Part shown: piece by piece, positions 17,706 to 23,726 of the stretch | How positions within the stretch are numbered: the stretch's first letter is position 1 | How the letters are laid out: the number at the start of each line of letters is the position of its first letter | Translations under genes and position numbers: made by a program | The notes under the pieces: generated by a model | Database searches by the model: none | What the model was told of the DNA's origin: nothing | Seen by the model: the letters and a program-made list of their open reading frames with translations, nothing else | Assembly: GCF_003428155.1 (NCBI RefSeq) | Contig: NZ_QLIR01000012.1 | Span: 31,917 to 63,916, forward strand | Length of the DNA stretch: 32,000 bases | Source of the DNA: Fastidiosibacter lacustris | GTDB taxonomy: Bacteria > Pseudomonadota > Gammaproteobacteria > Francisellales > Francisellaceae | Direction: 5' to 3'

Positions 17706-18254
17706 TGTAGCGCATATAAAGTGGACTTGCTAGCTATTTGTATCACATTTTACTACTTATAACGGTTTTATAAGGCTAGTCTCTGTATTAAATTGTGCTA
17801 CAATCAGGCTAATGAGTATATCCCTTGTACTACAATGTAGTTTTTACATATAAATACTTTACTCTGATGCCAAGAGATGCTTATAAATAAAGGCTTCTCT
17901 ATGTATTATTTTTTGCTACAAGATAATCAGGAGTATTTTTAATGATTTTATATTCGCTAAAAAAAGCCAAAAGCCTTTATTTACAAGACTTTGAATAAGC
18001 CTTTTTAGGCAACACTCGATTGCGTGGTGTGTGGCAGGGTCAGGGAGGTCGTGTCGAGGATACCTTGGATTTAATGTAATGATTATGATAATCGTTATCG
18101 TACAGTGTGCGTATGAAAATTGAGCAGACAATCCTATGCCGTTTGAATGGAAATTGACATTTTAAGCCTATACCTTTTAAAAAGATGGAATAAAATTAAA
18201 GGACAATAAAAACAAGATAAAATCGGTTTGATTTTTTAAAAAAATATTATTTTT
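17706..18254 (+). other. Probable origin of transfer (oriT) region
   Basis: A 549-bp gene-free interval between the RHH/TraM-like genes and ardC. It contains an F/R100-like nic sequence, three ATTGTAG/CTACAAT motifs (two of them palindromic) and a perfect 13-bp inverted repeat (17884-17896 / 17971-17983). Confidence 0.6.
18020..18037 (+). other. Candidate nic site (predicted cleavage between 18032 and 18033)
   Basis: TTGCGTGGTGTGT|GGCAG compared with F TTTGCGTGGGGTGT|GGTGC and R100 TTTGCGTAGTGTGT|GGTGC, both as recalled. It matches F at 14 of 15 positions over TTGCGTGG.GTGTGG. At the two positions that differ between F and R100 it carries one base of each. Confidence 0.55.
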
Positions 18255-19208
18255 CTATGTAACTTTTTCATATTGATCATTTACATTAATATTCAAAAGA
18301 AAACTAAAAACTTTTACGCAACATTTAACAGCTTCCATATAATCATCATCTGTTAAAAGTGAAAGCCAACTTTCAATATATTTTTCATGATTTTTTATCT
18401 CGCCATTAATACCAAAATGCTTTAATAAAATGGTGCTGCTGATCTCAGCAATTAACTCTTCTTTTGCATAAGACTTTTTGCATGAAAAATTTATTTCTCG
18501 ATTTAATCTGCTTGGATGCAATGTCCAATGCGCTAACTCATGCAAAAGCGTTGCCTGATAGTCTGCCTCAGTTCTAAAATATTTTGGGCTTGGCAGCCTT
18601 ATTTCGTCTAACTCTGGTGAGTAATAAGCTTGACCAATGTCATGATGAACAATTTTTGGATTGTGTGCATTAATCAAGCTTTCGATACCACTATCAGTTT
18701 TTATTTCCTGATCAACATCTTTTAAGGTTGTTTGCGTTAAATTAAAAACGCGGTACATTTTAGGGCATATAGCAGTATATTTGTATTTATCACCCGCTTT
18801 AACTTTAACTAAATGACCATTGTTTTTATATTCATAATCAGTTTTCGCGTCACCTTCCTTTTTGTAAGTTGTAAAGAAAAAGACTTCTTCCGATTTTTCA
18901 CCTTTACGCACACTCCCACCAAGTTCATTTATTTGTTTGAAAGTAAACCATTGATTAGACTTGTATTTATTTTCAAGTTGCGAAAATAATAATTGCAAAA
19001 CGTTAACGCCGTTATATAGTTTTGATTGACTATTAACAGGCAATAACTGACTTCCTGAGCGATCAAAATTATCTACCCAAACGTCTGCGCCTTTTTTGAT
19101 ATTTTCTTTAATCTTTTGAGCAATAGACAAAACATAATCCTGATATGTTGTTTTTACTGTTTTTGAAGTTTTTAAAGTGCTATATTTTTTTACTTTTGTT
19201 GTAGTCAT
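18255..19208 (-). CDS. ardC: ArdC-like antirestriction protein (N-terminal ssDNA-binding domain + C-terminal zincin metalloprotease)
   Basis: 317 aa with a GGAG SD. The N-terminal part is DUF1738-like. The C-terminal part has LLHELAHWTLHPSRLNR (HExxH) followed by YAKEELIAEISS, typical of ArdC/TraC-type proteins. Confidence 0.85.
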   Translation of the reverse strand: MTTTKVKKYSTLKTSKTVKTTYQDYVLSIAQKIKENIKKGADVWVDNFDRSGSQLLPVNSQSKLYNGVNVLQLLFSQLENKYKSNQWFTFKQINELGGSVRKGEKSEEVFFFTTYKKEGDAKTDYEYKNNGHLVKVKAGDKYKYTAICPKMYRVFNLTQTTLKDVDQEIKTDSGIESLINAHNPKIVHHDIGQAYYSPELDEIRLPSPKYFRTEADYQATLLHELAHWTLHPSRLNREINFSCKKSYAKEELIAEISSTILLKHFGINGEIKNHEKYIESWLSLLTDDDYMEAVKCCVKVFSFLLNINVNDQYEKVT

Positions 19209-19246
19209 CGTATTATCTCCATTGTTGTGTTGATAACACCTTTTGC

Positions 19247-19321
19247 AACAAGCCTTAAAAAATTAAATGCAAGGGTGCCGCAGGCACTTGCGTAGCCCTT
19301 GCATTTGAATTTTGGCTTGTT
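19247..19321. other. Composite long hairpin upstream of ardC (terminator and/or ssDNA-active element)
   Basis: AACAAGCC-TTAAAAAATT-AAATGCAAGGG-[TGCCGCAGGCACTTGCGTAG]-CCCTTGCATTT-GAATTTT-GGCTTGTT. There is a perfect 11-bp inner stem and a perfect 8-bp outer stem, with partly pairing A/T between them. The apical loop holds its own mini-hairpin TGCC-GCA-GGCA. Confidence 0.6.
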
Positions 19322-19344
19322 AAAAAAGAAAATATTACTAGGCT

Positions 19345-19363
19345 ATCACGCTGTAAGCGTGAT
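19345..19363. terminator. Hairpin ATCACGC-TGTAA-GCGTGAT downstream of the TA operon
   Basis: Perfect 7-bp stem. The T-run (TCCTTTTTG) follows it on the plus strand only. On the minus strand, the sense of the TA operon, the U-tract is displaced by ~14 nt. Confidence 0.4.
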
Positions 19364-19433
19364 TCCTTTTTGTCGGCGTTGTTTATTTTTTGAGATTTCA
19401 GGAAAGAACTTTAAAGGGATTGAGATAAAAAAA

Positions 19434-19739
19434 TTATGATAAATATTTTAAGCCATTCTCATCAACGAGATTAATTAGTTTTAAGATAGCACCCTTAGCT
19501 TGTCGCGTGCCCTGCTCAAGACTTTTAACCATTGCTGGACTGATATTAAGAAATTTAGCAAATACCGCTTGGCTGACGTTTTGACGTTCTCTAATTGCTT
19601 TTATATCATCGCCTGTATATTCGTATACTGTTGGCGTTTCAACTTCGGTTAATTCGCGCAGGGTTGTTTTGTCAATAATACCACTGGTGTATAGATCATT
19701 TGACAAGTCGTTTATGGTTTCTCTTATGCTGCTCATCAT
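19434..19739 (-). CDS. HTH (XRE/NadS-type) antitoxin
   Basis: IKAIRERQNVSQAVFAKFLNISPAMVKSLEQGTRQAKGAILKLINLV is the typical HTH of antitoxins paired with PF06296-type RelE toxins. Its ATG overlaps the toxin's TGA (ATGA at 19736-19739). Confidence 0.8.
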   Translation of the reverse strand: MMSSIRETINDLSNDLYTSGIIDKTTLRELTEVETPTVYEYTGDDIKAIRERQNVSQAVFAKFLNISPAMVKSLEQGTRQAKGAILKLINLVDENGLKYLS

Positions 19740-20107
19740 ATCACCTTAAATAGTTTTTTATCTGCGATTAACGTTTGCACATCACTATCACTTAATGACA
19801 GTAATATGCTAGACAACTTTTTAAAGTCCACAAGCTCGCGCTTTGTGAAGTTTTCTTTTTCATTCTTTTTAAAGCAATGCACCCAGTAACATACAACGCC
19901 ATCACTAAAAACAATAATGGTTCGACTGCTGCCGCTTTTGCCTTTATTGTCTGTCGCTACTCTAAGCTTATATAAGCTGCCACCTAATGCATATCTTTGC
20001 TTACCCAAGTCATCTAGTGAAGCAAAGTAATTTAATGTTTCTTTTAAATCTGCATCGCTAATATGTTTTGATTCACTTGCAAACTTTTTTATTTTATAAT
20101 TTTTCAT
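19736..20107 (-). CDS. RelE/HigB-2-like toxin (123 aa from ATG 20107)
   Basis: LGGSLYKLRVATDNKGKSGSSRTIIVF...FKKNEKENFTKRELVDFKKL matches the G-x-YK-R-ia...GKSGG-R-i...F-KNe-eNl-E signature. The track's extra 41 N-terminal residues are AT-rich promoter sequence. Confidence 0.75.
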   Translation of the reverse strand: MKNYKIKKFASESKHISDADLKETLNYFASLDDLGKQRYALGGSLYKLRVATDNKGKSGSSRTIIVFSDGVVCYWVHCFKKNEKENFTKRELVDFKKLSSILLSLSDSDVQTLIADKKLFKVI

Positions 20108-20118
20108 GCTTAAAATAG

Positions 20119-20166
20119 TTGGCTGTATGTTACATAGTATTATAATACACTGGCTTACCATGTCAA
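20119..20166. promoter_or_regulatory. Back-to-back sigma70 promoters sharing one palindromic -10
   Basis: Minus strand: TTGACA (20161-20166), 16 nt, TATAAT (20139-20144), reading into the toxin gene. Plus strand: TTGGCT (20119-20124), 16 nt, TATAAT (20141-20146), reading into the 81-aa gene. Both -10 boxes lie inside the perfect 12-bp palindrome GTATTATAATAC (20137-20148). Confidence 0.55.
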
Positions 20167-20223
20167 TAAAACAATAAAGCAAAAAATTAAAAATAATGAT
20201 ATAAACATAAGGAAGTAAATAAC

Positions 20224-20469
20224 ATGCCAAGCATTACAAAACCATCTGCACCCAGTTATATGACGCTACCTAAAAAAGTTAGAATCACCGAGGAAACTTA
20301 CTTTAAAATGCTAGAGTATCTGGATTGGAATCAATCGCTTGATGGCGAAAACGATATTGATTTTTTAATTGAGGAATCCATTAAAATTGCACTCGAATCT
20401 GATAAAGATTTTAAGCGTAGAAATAAAGTGAAGAAAACAGCAGCGGTTAAGGAAGAAGCGACTGCATAA
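20224..20469 (+). CDS. Hypothetical small protein (81 aa, possible RHH-like regulator)
   Basis: ATG preceded by AAGGAAG. PKKVRITEETYFKMLEYL resembles an RHH strand-helix start. It is divergent from the TA operon. Confidence 0.5.
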   Translation: MPSITKPSAPSYMTLPKKVRITEETYFKMLEYLDWNQSLDGENDIDFLIEESIKIALESDKDFKRRNKVKKTAAVKEEATA

Positions 20470-20487
20470 TGCAGTCTAATAACTCAC

Positions 20488-20841
20488 TTAATAGCGATAC
20501 TCAGGGATGCGTTCGATTTCGTTATCAATGCGATACGTCATATCATCACAGTAAACATTTTCTAGCTTCTTAATCGTTGCATGCTCCAGTATCTCATACC
20601 GGCATTCATTAGATGTCGTAAACTTCGGCGGGTATTCACTAAACAACACTTCATAGGTGTCACTGCCAAAACAGTAACGGATATATACATAACCATCTAA
20701 ATGCCTTGCATTGACTTTAAACATCAGTGTCGTTTCATCTAGGCGCTTAAAGTCATGCGCACCCCAACTCCAAACCAAGGTTCTTCCGCCTGTAAATAAT
20801 TGCTGTATGATTGTGTTTACGTAATAGTTTTTATCATTCAT
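20488..20841 (-). CDS. Hypothetical protein (117 aa), leading-region orphan
   Basis: Strong SD (AAGGAG 7 nt upstream). No motif recognised. Trp/Tyr/Cys-rich globular composition. Confidence 0.6.
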   Translation of the reverse strand: MNDKNYYVNTIIQQLFTGGRTLVWSWGAHDFKRLDETTLMFKVNARHLDGYVYIRYCFGSDTYEVLFSEYPPKFTTSNECRYEILEHATIKKLENVYCDDMTYRIDNEIERIPEYRY

Positions 20842-21134
20842 GGTTGTGCTCCTTTTGTAGCTTGCTTTTGGTTGTTTTTATTATTTTTATTTTTTCGCTT
20901 TGTGGTCGAGAAAGTTTTTGATAACCCATTTATTCCATATTGTGCAAATTAACAAACATTGACTATGATTAATCTATGCGCTTGAGCGGTTGAAACGAGG
21001 CGTTTTTATTAATTTTATTTGGTATTCTCTTGCTCAGGTGTATAACCTTTATAAAACACATAAACTGCCCAATTGACCATAACCGCATTAAAAGCTAATA
21101 TTCGTGCAAAACAATATTGAGTAACACAATTACC

Positions 21135-21377
21135 ATGCGTAATGACGAAAAGAAAATCATGGCTATTGACGCCAAAGTTAAAGCCCTCCGTGCTAAAAAC
21201 ACCGATGACATGATACTTTTAACCGAAATGATTGATGAGATGCTAATTTTTAGAGAAACTATGAAAAATACTAAACCAGAGCAACTAAATGCCTACTGTC
21301 AGAAATATACCAACTTTTTCTACTTTGCAAAACTACTGGACAATCTTGCAGACAAACTCGCCAGCGCTAAAGCCTAA
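21135..21377 (+). CDS. Hypothetical helical protein (80 aa from ATG 21135; track start TTG 21117)
   Basis: An ORF with helical, charged composition. No SD precedes either start, so the call is weak. Confidence 0.35.
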   Translation: MRNDEKKIMAIDAKVKALRAKNTDDMILLTEMIDEMLIFRETMKNTKPEQLNAYCQKYTNFFYFAKLLDNLADKLASAKA

Positions 21378-21393
21378 AATTTCCTGTTTTACG

Positions 21394-21407
21394 ACCACGA
21401 TCGTGGT
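21394..21407. terminator. Bidirectional terminator-like palindrome between convergent genes
   Basis: Perfect 14-bp palindrome ACCACGATCGTGGT, flanked by GTTTTACG on the left and TAAAAAAC on the right. This gives a U-run after the hairpin for transcripts from the minus-strand genes; the plus-strand transcript gets an A-run. Confidence 0.5.
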
Positions 21408-21435
21408 TAAAAAACGGAAAATCAGAAATTTAAAT

Positions 21436-21771
21436 CTATTGCCCATCACTAAAATACGCATCAATGCCTTTCTGTACTAGCTGATATTCAAACCCTTTAT
21501 TCAGCAAATATTTTAAAAGCTTTTGCTTCTTGCCATAATCGGTTTTGCCTTTAATCAAAGGATACTTAGCACTGATTCTGCGTAGAACATTGTTAAACTG
21601 CTGTACTTCGTCAACGACAACTAACTTGTCAATCATGCTTTGTGGTATCGCTTTCTTTTTGAGCTTATCAATCAATGCACCTGTTGATATATCTTGGTTA
21701 CTTTCAATGATACGCCTTGCTTTGTTTTCTAATAGCATATCGTTGGTTATATTGGCGTTGTCTAGAGTCAT
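21436..21771 (-). CDS. RecX-family mini-protein (two helical repeats, 111 aa)
   Basis: AAGGGA SD. KARRIIESNQDISTGALIDKLKKKAIPQSMIDKLV parallels the first repeat of E. coli RecX (RAMRLLAHRDRSEWELRRKLAQKGFSEEVIEQAI, as recalled). AKYPLIKGKTDYGKKQKLLKYLLNKGFEYQLVQKGI parallels the last repeat ([34 protein letters not shown]). The middle repeat is absent. Confidence 0.5.
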   Translation of the reverse strand: MTLDNANITNDMLLENKARRIIESNQDISTGALIDKLKKKAIPQSMIDKLVVVDEVQQFNNVLRRISAKYPLIKGKTDYGKKQKLLKYLLNKGFEYQLVQKGIDAYFSDGQ

Positions 21772-21784
21772 TGTGGCATCCCTT

Positions 21785-22486
21785 TTACATCTTTATTATT
21801 CTTTTTATCCTGTTCTGCCTTCTCTCTTCCTTAATTACCTCGGCTTCTGGTATCTGATTAAATGCAAATTTCACCTGCGCATTACTTAATATATTAGTTA
21901 GGTTAGCCGTATCTATTCGATTAACTTTTATATCTTCAGACTTGCAAAATTCCCCATTGTTATCAATCCCAATGATTATGTAGCGGCGTTCACTTTCATT
22001 GAGCGTGTTGGCTAATGATATAATATCCTTAAACAAGTCACCCTGTTTTTTTGAATCCTTAGAATACCATTCACGCTTAAAATCATGGCGTTCACTTTCT
22101 CTTTTAGATTCAATTAACGGGATTATATCTTTACGTACTTCAATATATTTAGGTGTTGCTTGCAACTCTATCTTGTCTGCATCTTCTGGTTTTAGCTCTA
22201 GTTTAGAATGTTTTATTAATACGTTTAGTAAAGCAGTCCCTTTTATTTCTAAAATATGATGGGTATTTAAGGATAAGCAGTATTTTTTATCTTTACTAAA
22301 TTCAAAGCTAAGGTTGTTTAATATATCAGACTCTCCAGCCTTGGAAAAATCATCCTCAAGGAGATTGTCAATTTTATGAAATATGCTTATTTTGACAACT
22401 ATCTCACCCTTCCTATCGCTATAGTGGCTCTGCACAATTCCAATATAGCCTTTAAGACTTAGTATCAAGTTGAAGCTCCGGAACAC
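21785..22486 (-). CDS. Protein with a C-terminal AlbA_2/Schlafen-like DNA-binding domain and an unknown N-terminal half
   Basis: ESERHDFKREWYSKDSKKQGDLFKDIISLANTLNESERRYIIIGIDNNGEF fits the AlbA_2 pattern E-x-lEFK...i-k-i-AfaNt-GG-liiGvdd-G. The track start is GTG 22486 without an SD. TTG 22468 follows GGAG at 7 nt and is the more likely start. Confidence 0.5.
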   Translation of the reverse strand: MFRSFNLILSLKGYIGIVQSHYSDRKGEIVVKISIFHKIDNLLEDDFSKAGESDILNNLSFEFSKDKKYCLSLNTHHILEIKGTALLNVLIKHSKLELKPEDADKIELQATPKYIEVRKDIIPLIESKRESERHDFKREWYSKDSKKQGDLFKDIISLANTLNESERRYIIIGIDNNGEFCKSEDIKVNRIDTANLTNILSNAQVKFAFNQIPEAEVIKEERRQNRIKRIIKM

Positions 22487-22667
22487 AAAGACAAATTTTT
22501 GAGCTGTTCAAAACAGTGTCATTTTGAATTCTATTTTCCATGTATTTTAATTCGATAAAACTCGCTTCAATATCACTATCAAAATCATCATTTACAACTA
22601 AAATAAAACTATCCATAAATACCATTAACCTTTTATGTTCCAGCTTCCGATATAGATATGCATACAA
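22452..22667 (-). CDS. Small acidic protein (57-71 aa), overlapping and probably coupled to the AlbA_2-like gene
   Basis: ORF with a TTG start at 22667, or ATG at 22625 or 22616. Acidic core VVNDDFDSDIEASFIELKYMEN. Its 3' end overlaps the next gene by 17-35 nt. Confidence 0.35.
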   Translation of the reverse strand: MYAYLYRKLEHKRLMVFMDSFILVVNDDFDSDIEASFIELKYMENRIQNDTVLNSSKICLCVPELQLDTKS

Positions 22668-22901
22668 GCGACCAATAATAAAAATTCTCTGGTTTGTTCT
22701 GTGAATTTATTGCTTAGCATCACTGTTTTTCTACGGCTGATATGCTTTGCTCAAATTCTACAGATAATTACAAGCTTATCAAACGCTCACTCCTTGTGAC
22801 ATCAATAAATTTTCACTGCGCACTGATAAACTTGCTTATTTTGAGGTATTACACTACTTTAGTCATTGGTAAAACATATATAACCAAAGGAGTAACATTA
22901 T

Positions 22902-23117
22902 ATGAAATACCTAAGCCCTATCGCACTTATATTAATTATCATCGGTGGCTTAAACTGGCTGCTCGTTGGTTTGTTCAATTTCAATCTCGTCCATGCCATT
23001 TTTGGCAAACTGGGCTTTGTTGAAAACATCATCTACATTATCGTAGGTATTGCGGCTTTAATTTGCATTCCCATGCTCAAGAAATGCTGCCCAAAATCAT
23101 CTTGCAACAAGGACTAA
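22902..23117 (+). CDS. DUF378-family small membrane protein
   Basis: AAAGGAG SD. IIGGLNWLLVGLFNFNLVHAIFG...IIYIIVGIAAL is the characteristic DUF378 (YuzA-like) two-TM signature. Confidence 0.8.
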   Translation: MKYLSPIALILIIIGGLNWLLVGLFNFNLVHAIFGKLGFVENIIYIIVGIAALICIPMLKKCCPKSSCNKD

Positions 23118-23428
23118 TCAACATTGTGGGAAATCAATTTACTGATAACTTTTGCGCCGCAGTTGAAAACACAACAGGGCAGACAATTGCGGATTTTTTA
23201 ACACAATGCGCCAATCAAGGCTTGACCTACACAGAAGTTGGTGAGCTTTTTGGTTACAAGCAGAATACGGTTAGAAAATGGTGCAGACGATGCAATGTCT
23301 CGCTATACAATGAAAGCAGTCTTAAAGCGCTAAACTCACCCGTTAAAAAAGCAGCCATTGAGCAATTACTTGATGACATCAAAATCAAATCCCTTAGCTG
23401 CTCAAATGTACTGTATAAAGCTTGGTGA
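23063..23428 (+). CDS. Putative HTH protein (start uncertain; possibly GTG 23126, giving 100 aa)
   Basis: GLTYTEVGELFGYKQNTVRKWCRR is HTH-like. The track start overlaps the DUF378 gene by 55 nt. GTG 23126 lies 9 nt after the DUF378 stop. Confidence 0.45.
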   Translation: MHSHAQEMLPKIILQQGLINIVGNQFTDNFCAAVENTTGQTIADFLTQCANQGLTYTEVGELFGYKQNTVRKWCRRCNVSLYNESSLKALNSPVKKAAIEQLLDDIKIKSLSCSNVLYKAW

Positions 23429-23433
23429 AAATC

Positions 23434-23664
23434 ATGCAGCGCTTGGAAACAGAAACCAAGTTTTATGAGATAATCGTTAATCAGGATTTATTAGGCGACA
23501 TAGTTTTAATTTGCTATTTTGGCGGAAAAAACAGCCATCGCCATCAGTCAAAAACGATCAAGTTAGATTCGTTTTTACAATACTGTAAAGCGTATAAAAA
23601 AATTATCACTACCCGATTGAAACATGGGTATTGGTTTATCCATCATTCACCGCAAGACTTTTAA
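23434..23664 (+). CDS. WGR-domain-like small protein (76 aa)
   Basis: KFYEIIVNQDLLGDIVLICYFGGKNSHRHQSKTIKLDS...AYKKIITTRLKHGYW follows the WGR pattern (kfYEi-v-dLfG-w-l-WGRiG...f-s...A...K-kGY). The WGR triplet itself has degenerated to YFGG. The ATG lies 6 nt after the upstream stop. Confidence 0.5.
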   Translation: MQRLETETKFYEIIVNQDLLGDIVLICYFGGKNSHRHQSKTIKLDSFLQYCKAYKKIITTRLKHGYWFIHHSPQDF

Positions 23665-23726
23665 AATGCAGGCGATACAGCTTTGTGCTATGATGTTTTA
23701 AGCCAAAATAATACCGCTAATTTTCA

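Noticed and set aside
17916-18131. 71-aa minus-strand ORF spanning the GC-rich island.
   Set aside because: It has no SD, an odd composition (IIIII run), and lies across the predicted nic site within the oriT interval. It is most likely a chance ORF.
19298-19330. Reading the ardC-proximal hairpin arm as a full Frpo-type ssDNA promoter (-35 TTGCAT, -10 TAAAAA).
   Set aside because: The -10 candidate lacks the invariant final T and falls at the frayed base of the stem. The stem is also much shorter than the F Frpo structure. I kept this as a hypothesis to test, not as an annotated promoter.
22742-23023. 93-aa plus-strand ORF overlapping the DUF378 gene in another frame, and ORF 29749-29985.
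   Set aside because: The DUF378 frame has a strong SD and a family signature, while the 93-aa frame has neither. The 29749-29985 ORF is AT-rich spacer read into the relic repeat.
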